Shown: one piece after another, positions 8,493 through 20,906 of the stretch
How positions within the stretch are numbered: the first letter of the stretch is position 1
Layout of the letters: each line of letters opens with the position of its first letter
DNA from: an uncultured Sandaracinus sp.
GTDB lineage: Bacteria; Myxococcota_A; Polyangia; Polyangiales; Houyiibacteriaceae
Assembly (NCBI GenBank): GCA_937982655.1
Contig: CALJLK010000352.1
Coordinates: 1 to 60,976, forward strand
Length of the DNA: 60,976 nucleotides
Direction: 5' to 3'
The notes under the pieces: generated by a model
Databases searched by the model: none
Seen by the model: only the letters and a program-made list of their open reading frames with translations
Told to the model about the DNA's origin: nothing
Position numbers and translations under genes: made by a program

Positions 8493-9254
8493 ATGACGGT
8501 CGACTTCTCCTCGCTCCCCGACATCTCCGACGAGCACCCCGAGCTCGGCCCCGAGGAGCGTTGGTACGCGGCGCACGTCAAGGCGCGCGAGCTCGCCCTC
8601 GAGGCAGTGTTCGGCGCCACCGAGCCACCCGACACCGTCCTGGCGCCCGAGGACGAAGAGGTCGCGCGCGCGTGGCCGGGTGGCGGCTTTCATCGCTACG
8701 CACCGCGCGGCGAGCGCACGAGCTGGCTCTACGTCACGCATGGGCTCTCGCAGCCCTTCGAGGAACGTGACGTCCAGGCGCTGAGGGACGACCCGGACGC
8801 CCTCTCGGGCCTCGGCCTCGAGTACGTCCTCGCGAGCGCGGAAGACGCCGCGTGGCCGCTCGAGCTCCTGCTCGGGCTCGTGCGGCAGGTGCTGCTCGAC
8901 GACGCAGCGACGCTACTCGAACCGGGTCGCCTGCGCGCCTGCCACAGCCCCATCGGAGGCCGCGGCGCGCTCCGTCACGTGCTCGCGACGTTGTCGCCGG
9001 AGTACGAGCTCGACCTGCTCTTGCCCGCCGGCCACTGCGTGCTCGTGCACCTCGTGGGCGTGACCGATGGCGAGGCCGCACGCGCGCAGGCCGAACCGGA
9101 CATCCTCGGCAGCCTGGTCCTCGAGCGCGTGCTCTACGCCTTCGGCGTCGGCGGCCTGACCGATCCCGATCGCGACTGCCTCACCACCCGAGAGGACTTC
9201 GACGCGGTGTGGAACGACGTCCGCGCCGAAGTGCTCGCGGAATCGGACGAGTGA
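8493..9254 (+). CDS. Suppressor-of-fused (SUFU)-like domain protein
   Basis: Acidic 253-aa protein with normal composition. Segments such as WLYVTHGLSQP, LEYVLASAEDAAWPLELL and VHLVGVTDGEA resemble bacterial SUFU-like (Imm-SUFU) proteins. The assignment is from memory, not from a search. Confidence 0.55.
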   Translation: MTVDFSSLPDISDEHPELGPEERWYAAHVKARELALEAVFGATEPPDTVLAPEDEEVARAWPGGGFHRYAPRGERTSWLYVTHGLSQPFEERDVQALRDDPDALSGLGLEYVLASAEDAAWPLELLLGLVRQVLLDDAATLLEPGRLRACHSPIGGRGALRHVLATLSPEYELDLLLPAGHCVLVHLVGVTDGEAARAQAEPDILGSLVLERVLYAFGVGGLTDPDRDCLTTREDFDAVWNDVRAEVLAESDE

Positions 9255-9275
9255 CCCCGCGTCAGTCGGCTCCCC

Positions 9276-9296
9276 GCTGCATCGTTCCAATGCAGC
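9276..9296 (+). terminator. Small hairpin after the SUFU-like gene
   Basis: GCTGCAT-CGTTCCA-ATGCAGC lies 22 nt after the stop. The stem is 7 bp and A/T-rich sequence follows. Confidence 0.35.
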
Positions 9297-9302
9297 AAGA
9301 AT

Positions 9303-9432
9303 GGTGAATCCTTCAGGATCAGAGGTGGATATTCGGTCGCAAGACCGGTGGACCCTTCACGATCAGCGGCGGATCCTTCAGGACCAGCGAGGGATCCGTG
9401 GGATTCAGCCGTGGATCCCTCAGATGCGCTGA
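9303..9432. repeat. Degenerate tandem array, about 6 units of 20-23 bp with a GG(A/T)(T/C)CCTTCA core
   Basis: The units are GGTGAATCCTTCAGGATCAGA / GGTGGATATTCGGTCGCAAGACC / GGTGGACCCTTCACGATCAGC / GGCGGATCCTTCAGGACCAGCGA / GGGATCCGTGGGATTCAGCC / GTGGATCCCTCAGATGCGCTGA. The array lies between convergent gene ends. Confidence 0.85.
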
Positions 9433-9447
9433 GGCTCCACGATGCGA

Positions 9448-10053
9448 TCAGAGCACGCCGAGCTGCGCTTGGAGCGCGCGCTTCTCGTCCACCGAGAGCT
9501 TGCGCATCTGGAGCTGACCCGAGCGCGGGTCCTGACCGGTGATCAGGTACCAGTCGCCGGTCGGGCGATGCTCCGCGAGCGCGAACCCGCGCGGGTCCTC
9601 CGCGATGAGCGAGAGATCCTCGGGGCGAATCGCCCCGGCCGCCGCGGGCGCGGGCTCGTCGGCCTTCGTCGGCCACGCCTCGTCGTTCGCCTTCGCCGGG
9701 AACTCGGGCTCCTTCGGCTCGGACGGCCAGCCTTGGTCGTTCGCCTTCGCCGGGAACTCGGGCGCTGCGGCGGGCGCGGCGGGCGCGGCAGGCGCCGCAG
9801 GCTTGGGCGGCGGCGGCGGCGCGTACGCCTCGACGAGCTCCTCGAGCTTCCACTGGAACTCGAGACGCTCGCGTCGCGCGGCCGCCGCGAGCAGCTCCAG
9901 CGTCGCGTGGCGAAGCGGCCCTTCGAGCCAGCTCCGCAACGTCGCGAGACCCTCGTCCCAACGATCGCGCTCGTGTCGGATCGATCGCAGCACGGCGTCG
10001 ATCGCATCCTTCAGCTCGCCCTCGGTCTTCGGCTGCGCCATCGGCTCGGTCAT
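9448..10053 (-). CDS. Hypothetical protein with a Pro/Ala linker and an internal tandem peptide repeat
   Basis: Balanced D/E/K composition and a helical N-terminus. The duplicated segment is EPEFPAKANDQGWPSEPK / EPEFPAKANDEAWPTK, and the C-terminal domain is about 55 aa. No family recognised. Confidence 0.65.
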   Translation of the reverse strand: MTEPMAQPKTEGELKDAIDAVLRSIRHERDRWDEGLATLRSWLEGPLRHATLELLAAAARRERLEFQWKLEELVEAYAPPPPPKPAAPAAPAAPAAAPEFPAKANDQGWPSEPKEPEFPAKANDEAWPTKADEPAPAAAGAIRPEDLSLIAEDPRGFALAEHRPTGDWYLITGQDPRSGQLQMRKLSVDEKRALQAQLGVL

Positions 10054-10317
10054 CGCGGCTTCGATTACGTCTCCCCGCGAAACGACGCAAGCGTTTCCTG
10101 CCGCGTAGGCCTGCGCGCACGGCCTCGCGGTTCGGTCTCCGTGATCCGCCAGAACCCGTCCTCACCGAGCCGAAGGGTGCGAGGTGTGCTCGATGCGCTC
10201 ACGCAGGTGGTCGGTCGCCCGGCCCCGTGTCACCTGGGGAGATACAATCCCGACGCCCCACTTGCCCGTAATCATTGCATTCTTTGCTGTGCACGCATCC
10301 TGCACAGTGTACGAGGC

Positions 10318-11982
10318 ATGCGTCGTTTGCTCCTCCTGGTGCCGATCGCCCTCGCCCTCGCGTGCGAGCCGGGGCGTCTGTCGCGAACGGATGTGCCGGC
10401 GGGCGACGCCAGCGTGCCGCTCCCGCCACCGGTCCCGGGCACCGACGCTGCGACGCCTCCACCTCCGCCTCCGGGCACCGACGCGGGAGTCGGGGTCGAC
10501 GCGGGAACCCCCACGCCTCCCGGAGTCGACGCGGGCCCGCCGCCGCCTCCGCCTCCTCCGCCGCCCACCGACGCGCCGCCCGGCTTCGGCCCCGTGAACG
10601 GCCTCGAGCTGACCGGCTTCGAGATCTACCAGACGATCCGTGTGCCCATCGTCGAGAACGGCGCGGTCGTCCCGCGCACGATCCCGCTCGTCGCCAACAA
10701 GCCCTCGCTGCTTCGCGTGTACGTCCGACCCACCGGGAGCTGGAGCGCGCGCTCGGTGATGGCGTTCGTCCGCATCGACACGGGCAGTGAGGTCCGCACG
10801 TTGATGGAGAGCGCGACGATCTCCGGCACCTCGTCGATCAACACGCCCTCCTCGACGCTGAACCTCGAGATCCCGCGCGACGCGCTCACGCCCTCGGCGT
10901 CGATCTCCGTCTCGCTCCTCGAGATGAGCGGCGCGGGCAGCGACCTCGCACGTTTCCCGCGCGACGGCGGAGAGCTCGCGCTCGACGCGATGCAGAACGG
11001 CGGCATCGACGTGGTGGTGGTGCCGATCCGCTACGACGCGGACGGCAGCGGTCGCATGCCCGACACGAGCGAAAGCGCGATGAACGCGCTGCGCGATCAG
11101 CTCCTCGCGATGTGGCCGGTGAGCGACGTGCGCCTGCGCGTGCGCGAGTCGGTCTCGACCAGCACCACCGTCGCGCCGACGAGCGGTCAGGCGTGGGGCT
11201 CGCTGCTCGACGGCGTGGGCAACCTCCGCCAGAGCGATCGCGCGCCCGGCAGCGAGTACTACCTCGGGCTCTTCTCGCCCGCAGCGTCGTTCCGCGAGTT
11301 CTGCGGACGCGGCTGCATCGCGGGCATCGCGCCGCTCAATCAGGGCAACTCCCAGAGCCAGCGCTACGGGCTCGCGCTCGGCTACGGCGACGAGAACAAC
11401 CGCTTCAGCGCGATCCACGAGCTCGGCCACGCGCACGGTCGTCCGCACGCGCCCTGCGGTGGCGTCAGCGGCTCCGAGCCCGGCTACCCGCACGCGGGCG
11501 GCGCGACCGGCGTCTGGGGCTACGACTTCCGCAACGACCGCCTCTACGACCCGTCCACGAAGGACTTCATGGGTTACTGCGAGCCGCAGTGGGTGAGCGA
11601 CTTCGCGTACCTGCGGCTCCACCAGCGCGTGGTCTCGGTCGCGGGCGGCAGCACGCTCTCCTGGCGTCTCGCGCCACACCACGTCTTCCGCGTGGCGCCC
11701 TTCAGCGCGCCGAGCTGGACCGGCCTCGTCGAAGAGCGCGTCACCGACGCGAGCGACGGTGAGCTCACGATGATGAAGGCGCGCGATCGCTTCGGTCGCG
11801 ACCTCGGCTGGGTGGGCGCGCGCCGCGTCGACACGAGCCTGCCCGGCTTCGCCAGCCTCCTCGTACCGGACGTGGAGGACGCGGCCTTCTTCGAGACCCC
11901 CTCCGGACAGATTTACCGCGTCGCCTCGAGCGGCGAGTCGGCCCTCCATCCCAATCCTCCCGACGACTCGAACGTGCGCTGA
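10318..11982 (+). CDS. Secreted zinc metalloprotease lipoprotein (metzincin-type HExxHxxGxxH)
   Basis: The internal ATG gives MRRLLLLVPIALALAC (lipobox). A long poly-Pro linker (PPPPPPPPPP) is followed by the zinc motif IHELGHAHGRPH. Confidence 0.8.
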   Translation: MRRLLLLVPIALALACEPGRLSRTDVPAGDASVPLPPPVPGTDAATPPPPPPGTDAGVGVDAGTPTPPGVDAGPPPPPPPPPPTDAPPGFGPVNGLELTGFEIYQTIRVPIVENGAVVPRTIPLVANKPSLLRVYVRPTGSWSARSVMAFVRIDTGSEVRTLMESATISGTSSINTPSSTLNLEIPRDALTPSASISVSLLEMSGAGSDLARFPRDGGELALDAMQNGGIDVVVVPIRYDADGSGRMPDTSESAMNALRDQLLAMWPVSDVRLRVRESVSTSTTVAPTSGQAWGSLLDGVGNLRQSDRAPGSEYYLGLFSPAASFREFCGRGCIAGIAPLNQGNSQSQRYGLALGYGDENNRFSAIHELGHAHGRPHAPCGGVSGSEPGYPHAGGATGVWGYDFRNDRLYDPSTKDFMGYCEPQWVSDFAYLRLHQRVVSVAGGSTLSWRLAPHHVFRVAPFSAPSWTGLVEERVTDASDGELTMMKARDRFGRDLGWVGARRVDTSLPGFASLLVPDVEDAAFFETPSGQIYRVASSGESALHPNPPDDSNVR

Positions 11983-12042
11983 CGTGTGTAGGCAAGGTCG
12001 GCCGTGGTGGGCTGGCCGTGCTGGTGAGTGTGTGTGGTCGAG

Positions 12043-12074
12043 GCCGCGCCGGTGGTGAGAGCCACCGGCGCGGC
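12043..12074. terminator. 13-bp perfect-stem hairpin between convergent genes (candidate bidirectional terminator)
   Basis: GCCGCGCCGGTGG-TGAGAG-CCACCGGCGCGGC is followed by GCTCGTATCTTTC. It lies between the metalloprotease stop (11982) and the DUF2126 stop (12143). Confidence 0.6.
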
Positions 12075-12142
12075 GCTCGTATCTTTCGGCAGGCCGAGCG
12101 AGCGGACGCGCGCGCAGCGGTGGGCTCGCGCGGACGTCGCGC

Positions 12143-14535
12143 TCACACCCAACGCGCGTCGATGGTGTGTCGCGTCGTCGCTCCGCTCGGCGCTCTCGTC
12201 CACGTCGGCGCTTTGCGCTCTTCGACCACGAAGCGCTGCACGCGGCGCTGGGTGGCTTCTTCGTCGGTCTCGGGGAGGCCGGGGTAGACGCCGCCGCCCG
12301 GGATCCACGCGTGCAGCGCGAGGGCGTAGCTGCGCTCGCCGACGCTGACCACGAGCTCGAGGGGATCGCGCGCGGGCAGGCTCGGGTGCAGGCCCAGCGT
12401 GGGCACGAAGGCACGGAAGCGGACGCCGACCACGACGGTGCTGCGGGCTCCGTCGTCCACGAAGGTGGTGGGCGCGCGGACGGCGGAGTCTCCCTCGCGC
12501 ACTCCGACGATCACGCGACCGACACGCTCGCTCGGGCCGGTGACGCGGACCTCGAGACGGGTCGTGGAAGGATCGACGAGGCGCGTGGTGCCGGCTTGTT
12601 CGCTGAGGTCTCCGACGAGCGGCCAATGCTCGATCGCGCGGCGCACGGTGAGGGTGACGGGGGCTTTCGGATCGCCGAGCTCGACCTCGCCGAGCACACG
12701 GTGTGGATCGCGGAAGAGCTCGTGCGCGAGAACGGAGGGGAGCGCGAAGCCGGCGCGCTCGAGGTCACCGAGGACTTCGCGGAGATCGTTCTCGAGGAAG
12801 AAGGGGAGCGCGTAGCGATCGTGGAGCTCGGCGCCGAAGTCGCGGAGCGCGACGGGGAAGTCGTTCGTGGCGAGACGCGCGAGGATCGCGCGGAAGAGCG
12901 CGGCGCGCGCGATGGCGTGCGAGCTCGTGGGCGCTTGCCGGAAGGCGCGCAGCTCGATGACCCCGAGCTTGCCGCGGCCGGGGAGCCAGGGGTTGAAGAG
13001 CTTCTCGACGTTGACCTCGCTGCGGTGGGAGTTGCCGAAACGATCGGCGAGGAAGGGCGCGAGGCTCGACCAGAGGAGCGTGGGATCGACGCTCGCGGCG
13101 CTCGCGGTGGTGCTCGACGCGGTGGGGATCGGACTCGGCGTCGTGGGCACCGCGCTCGGAGTGGTCGGCGCCAGTCTCGGCGCGGCGGGCGCGATCGGTG
13201 TGGTGGCAGCACGCACGAGTCGCGCGAGCGCGAGCTGGAGCTCTCCGAAGAGCTCGCGTGCGCTCTCGTCGGCGCGCGGGGACTGGCTCGCGCTGCCCGC
13301 GGCGTGGCCGCCGAAGTAGTAGCTGAGCGAGGGATGTTGGTTGAGGTACGCGACGAGCTTCGGGAGCAAGGTCGGGAAGCGGAAGAACGGGCTCGCTTCG
13401 GTCGAAGGACCACCGAAGGTGAGGTGTCCGCCGCCGCCGCTGTCGGAGAGCTCGCCGTTGAAGTGGCGTCGCTCCGCCGCGAGGCCGACGTCGTGGGCGG
13501 CTTCGTGGATCGCGTGCACCTGCGCGGCGAAGTCGGAGAGCTCCGTGCACGGCGCCATGTTCACTTCGACCACGCCGGGATCGGGCGTGAGCGTCGCGAA
13601 ACGGACGCGGGCGTCGACGGGGGGTGGGAAGCCGCGGAGAATCAACGCGCGGGTGGCGCTGGTGCGGCAGGCTTCGGCGAGGACGCCGAGGAAACGGAGG
13701 AAGGCGTCGACGTCGGCTGTCGTCGTCACGTGCGTCGTCGTCGTCGTCGCGTTCGTGGGCTTGGAGGCCGAGCCGCGCGTCGAAGCGAAGCCTGGCAGCT
13801 CGAGGACGGTGCACGGACCACGCGGCGTGTCCTCGACGCCGATGCACACGAGCGTGAAGCCTTCCGTCGCGAGCTCGTCGACGAGACCGCTCTCCGGGAT
13901 CGCGCGACCTTCGAGGGGTGCGCGCAGGCACCGTGCGTCGCGGGGATCGGTGCCGACCACGAGGCGGTGCGGGAGCGCTCCGTCGGTGTCGAAGGCGGTG
14001 CCGCCGAGCGCGAGCGCGAGCGCGTCGCGGAGCTCGCGAGCACGCGGCGGATGGAGCGCGGATCCCGCGGCGAACGCGGGATCTTCGAAGGTCGCGGGAC
14101 AGAGCGGTGTGCCGTCGCGCAGCGCGTAGAGACCGAGCGAGAAGCGAGGCGCGTCTTCGCCCGGGTATTGGCGACCGAGGGTGCGGAGCGCGAGCTGGCG
14201 GCGACCGTTGGGCGGCGGTAGCTCGCTCGCGCGTGCGCCGGAGCTCGCGTCGGCGCTCGCGTCGCCGCTCGAGCGTGCGTCCGGCGCGCGAGGGCGTTCG
14301 GTCGCACGACGCGCCGAGGGTGCGGTTCGCTCGTGCAGCACGACCCAGAGCGCGATCGCGCGTGCTTCCTTGGTGCCTCCGACCGCAGCGCCGATCCACT
14401 CCGGATCGCTGGAGGTCGGATCCGTGAAGGTCGGCTCCGCGCCGAGCCAGAGCTCGAGGCCAGCCTCGCGCACACGCGCGTCGTGCGCGGCGATCGCGCG
14501 GCGGAGCTCCACGTCCAAGGCGTTCGTGCCGTCGG

Positions 14536-14545
<10 letters not shown>
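12143..14545 (-). CDS. DUF2126 (Pfam 'putative amidoligase') family protein lacking the transglutaminase module
   Basis: Start at MAVTDGT. It is paralogous to the C-terminal two thirds of the upstream gene (VEVNMAPCTELSDF vs IEVNVPVASSFAEY; SGGGGHLTFGG vs SGGGNHLTLGG; HRSEVNVEKLFNP vs HRTEISIDKLYDP). Its ATG overlaps the upstream stop by 10 nt. Confidence 0.8.
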
Positions 14546-17847
<3,302 letters not shown>

Positions 17848-18062
17848 GCGCTCCTCGCACGGCGAGCGGACGGCGCTCCCGTGCTTGCGTGGCCTACACC
17901 GAGCGGGGCCTCCGCGACAATGGCGAGCGACGTTTCGGGAGCCGTTGTTTCGGCGGTGTTTCGACGGTGGGCGCGAACGAACCTCGGGAGTGACCTGAGA
18001 CGCACGGCTCTCGGCCTCGACGCGAACACGATGTCATTCACCGACGACCCAGACGCCGCAGA

Positions 18063-18590
18063 TCACGGTCGTACGTCGTCTTCGTTGCCGAAGGTGCCGT
18101 CGGGTCCCGCGCTCACCGCGATCACGTCGTCGGCTTCGCACTCGTAGGCGAAGTCACTTTCCCAGGGGTCGGTGGTTCGGCCGTGACGCTGCAGATAGCC
18201 CGCTTCGACGAGCTCTTCGGTGCTCGTCGGACAACGCGTGTGATCGAGCCGGAAGCGCAGCGCGGCGGCGGAGAGCGAGGACGCGTCGGTGCGCGCTTGT
18301 TTGGCCTTCGCGTCGCGCAGTGCCCCGAAGACGGATGCTCCGACCGCGCCGGCGACGAGGGCCATGATCGTGATCACGACGAGGATCTCGATCAGGGTCA
18401 TGCCGAGCTCGCGGTTCCGTCGTCGTCGACGAGACGTCGGAGCTCGCGTCGACGCGAGAGAGGACTGCGGATGAGGCTCGGCGTGCGGGTGCATGACGAC
18501 GTGCATCGCAGCGAGCGTGCCGAGCCGCGGAACGACGCCCGGTCGAGAGAAGGCGTTGCGAAGACGTTCGCGCGAACGACGGATTGTCAC
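18063..18590 (-). CDS. Type II secretion / type IV pilin-like pseudopilin (GspG-like)
   Basis: Prepilin cleavage/methylation motif ...NRELG|MTLIEILVVITIMALVAG, and a GspG-like C-terminus (DPWESDFAYECEADD...GPDGTFGNEDD). The maximal ORF gives an unusually long Arg-rich leader. The true start may be ATG 18506 or 18494. Confidence 0.7.
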   Translation of the reverse strand: MTIRRSRERLRNAFSRPGVVPRLGTLAAMHVVMHPHAEPHPQSSLASTRAPTSRRRRRNRELGMTLIEILVVITIMALVAGAVGASVFGALRDAKAKQARTDASSLSAAALRFRLDHTRCPTSTEELVEAGYLQRHGRTTDPWESDFAYECEADDVIAVSAGPDGTFGNEDDVRP

Positions 18591-18633
18591 GTACGCATCG
18601 AGCCGACGACGGCCTGACCGCGCCTCGCGTCGA

Positions 18634-19089
18634 TCACTCCGCGGCGGCGACCGGCTCTTCGTCGTCGAGGCGCACGATCAGCTCGATGAGTCGATCGCCG
18701 CGCCGCGGCTTGCGGGCACACGCGCGTGCGCCGGCGAGGCGCGCGGCTTGTTGGATCTCGTTCCCGTCCTCGGTCGACAGGAGCACCACGCGTGTGCTGG
18801 CGCGGATCGCGAGCAGACGTCGCACGACCTCGAGGCCATCCATGCCGGGGAGATCCTCCGCCACGAACGCGAGGTCGACCGGCCAATGCTGCGCGAGCGC
18901 GAGCGCGCCGTCGCCCGAGCTCGTGCCGACCACGCGGTTGCCCGCGACGGTGAGCCAGCGCGCGAACTTGTGTTGCAGATCCGGATCCGGCTCGACGACG
19001 AGCACGCCGCGCGGTGCCGTGAGCGGCATGCTGGACGGATCGGGCGGGCGGCTCGCTTTGCGTTCCCGACGGGGTGGGCGCGTGGGCAT
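18634..19089 (-). CDS. Stand-alone response regulator receiver (CheY-like)
   Basis: Receiver hallmarks are present: VLVVEPDPD, the phospho-acceptor context DLAFVAEDLPGMDG, VVLLST, and the conserved Lys in ARKP. The start could be the internal MPLTAPRG at 19029. Confidence 0.8.
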   Translation of the reverse strand: MPTRPPRRERKASRPPDPSSMPLTAPRGVLVVEPDPDLQHKFARWLTVAGNRVVGTSSGDGALALAQHWPVDLAFVAEDLPGMDGLEVVRRLLAIRASTRVVLLSTEDGNEIQQAARLAGARACARKPRRGDRLIELIVRLDDEEPVAAAE

Positions 19090-19387
19090 GGGCTCGGTTC
19101 GAAGGGTCGGTCGCCAATCGGCGAGTCGTCGCCAAGTCGGCGAGTCGGTCGGCGGGGCTCACGTGCCGTCGGGCTCACTCCCGTCGGTCGTTCGCAGACG
19201 TGATTTCAGTGCGGATGCGAGAAAGCGAAGCCTACGGCGCAATCGCTCGACGGGGGCGGGACCCCGGAACGAGCAGAACAGTAGGGCATCGGAGGGGGAT
19301 TCCGCAAACCGCGGGGAGGCGGCGCGGAGGGCTCCCGACTCGCGGACGTCGAGTGGCCTCGCCGGCGCGACGTGCGATGTCTGCGCG

Positions 19388-20059
19388 ATGGTGCGAAAGC
19401 GAGAGCTGCTCGCGGAGGACTCTACGCCGGACGGGACGCCCGTGACGCTCACGCGCGAAGCGGGCGCCTTCGTGGTCGCGGTGGCCGGACAGAGCCTGAT
19501 GGCCTCCGACGTCCACGGCTCCGAGGAGCACATGAGCGAGCTCGCGTGTGCGCCGCTCCGCGATCGCAAGGGCGTGCGGGTGTTGGTCGGCGGGCTCGGC
19601 ATGGGCTTCACGCTGCGGGCCGCGCTCGATCACCTCGGCGCCGACGCGCGCGTGGTCGTCTGCGAGCTCCTCCCGTGTCTCGTCGAGTGGAACCGCGGGC
19701 CGCTCGGACCGCTCGCGGGACATCCGCTCGACGACCCGCGGACCGAGCTCGTGATCGCGGACCTCGTCGACCACGTGCGCGCGGTGCGGCGTGCGTACGA
19801 CGTGATGTTGCTCGACGTCGACAACGGGCCCGAGCCGTTCACGCAGCCGAGCAACGAGCGGCTCTACTCGATCGACGGGCTGCGCACCCTGCGCGAAGCG
19901 CTGCGCCCGCGCGGGACGCTGGTGGTGTGGTCGGGCTTTCGGAGCGACGCGTTCGAGAAACGACTTCGACGCGCGGGCTTCGAGGAGGAGGTCGTGCCGG
20001 TGAAGGCGCGCATCCGGAAGGGCGGGCAACACTTCCTCTACGTCGGTCGCGCGCCCTGA
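19388..20059 (+). CDS. Spermidine synthase-like SAM-dependent methyltransferase-fold protein
   Basis: Internal ATG (MVRKRELL). It has the GxGxG SAM-binding loop VLVGGLGMGFTL and the DVMLLDVDNGP segment typical of the spermine/spermidine synthase-like family. Confidence 0.75.
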   Translation: MVRKRELLAEDSTPDGTPVTLTREAGAFVVAVAGQSLMASDVHGSEEHMSELACAPLRDRKGVRVLVGGLGMGFTLRAALDHLGADARVVVCELLPCLVEWNRGPLGPLAGHPLDDPRTELVIADLVDHVRAVRRAYDVMLLDVDNGPEPFTQPSNERLYSIDGLRTLREALRPRGTLVVWSGFRSDAFEKRLRRAGFEEEVVPVKARIRKGGQHFLYVGRAP

Positions 20060-20319
20060 CGGCGGCGATGCAGGCGCGCGCTGGGAGGCTGTCGCGCGCT
20101 GGTCGCAGGGTGGTCGGTGGTCGTTGGGGTGGTCGTGAGGTGGTCGTGAGGGCCTCACGCGAGGTGCGACCGGGCCCTGCTGCACTCACGCGCGCGCCCT
20201 GCTACAAATCGGGCTTCGTACCTGAGAGGAATCGAGGACTCGTTGCACGAAGTGAACATCTGCTGCCGAACTGAGAGTGGAACCCGCCCTGTGCGAGGCG
20301 TGACCGCGCGAGGTGTGTC

Positions 20320-20796
20320 GTGAGTCGCGGCGACTACACGATGGACAAGCGCGCCCGCGAAGCGGAGAAGGCGCGCAAGAAGCGGGAGAAGGCCGAGCGA
20401 CGCGCCGATCGACGCGACCGCGGCCCCGCCGAGATCGAGATCGTCTCCGCGGCGGAGCTCACCGGCGATCTTCCGACGATCTCCGAGGCCCTCCAACAGA
20501 TCGAGCGGGGCGCCAGCGGCGGCGGCTCGGGTCGAAGCGCGGCCACGATCCCGTGCCGACTCTTCGTGGGCGGCTTGAGCTGGAACATCGGCAGCGGTGA
20601 CCTGCGCCAGATCTTCGAGGAGGTCGGTGAGGTCGTGGACTGCGTCGTGATGACGGATCGCGCGACGGGCCGCTCCCGCGGCTTCGGCTTCGTGACGATG
20701 GCGGACCGGAAGCTCGCGCAGAAGGTCATCGACGAGCTCAACGGCGCCGAGTTCGACGGTCGCCGCATCGTGGTGAACATCGCGACCGAGCGCTGA
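20320..20796 (+). CDS. RRM (RNP-1) RNA-binding protein with a long charged N-terminal extension
   Basis: RNP-2 is LFVGGL and RNP-1 is RGFGFVTM. The GTG start has GAGGTG upstream. About 75 N-terminal residues are Lys/Arg/Glu-rich (KRAREAEKARKKREKAERRADRRDR). Confidence 0.85.
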   Translation: MSRGDYTMDKRAREAEKARKKREKAERRADRRDRGPAEIEIVSAAELTGDLPTISEALQQIERGASGGGSGRSAATIPCRLFVGGLSWNIGSGDLRQIFEEVGEVVDCVVMTDRATGRSRGFGFVTMADRKLAQKVIDELNGAEFDGRRIVVNIATER

Positions 20797-20810
20797 GCGC
20801 GCGCTCCCGT

Positions 20811-20852
20811 GACGAAGAAGAGCCGGCCTCGAGGGGTCGGCTCTTCTTCGTC
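20811..20852. terminator. Strong GC-rich hairpin between convergent genes (candidate bidirectional terminator)
   Basis: GACGAAGAAGAGCCGGCC-TCGAGG-GGTCGGCTCTTCTTCGTC forms a roughly 18-bp stem. It lies 15 nt after the RRM gene stop and 55 nt after the stop of the minus-strand lipoprotein gene. There is no clear U-tract. Confidence 0.6.
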
Positions 20853-20906
20853 GGGGGTCCCGCGACGCGGGGCGTGCTCAGCTTCCTCGAGAGGCCGTCG
20901 CCCGCT

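Noticed and set aside
19130-19170. Possible degenerate copy of the palindromic element (AAGTCGGCGAGTCGGTCGGCGGGGCTCAC).
   Set aside because: Only the left arm is recognisable and no matching right arm is present. This is too weak to call.
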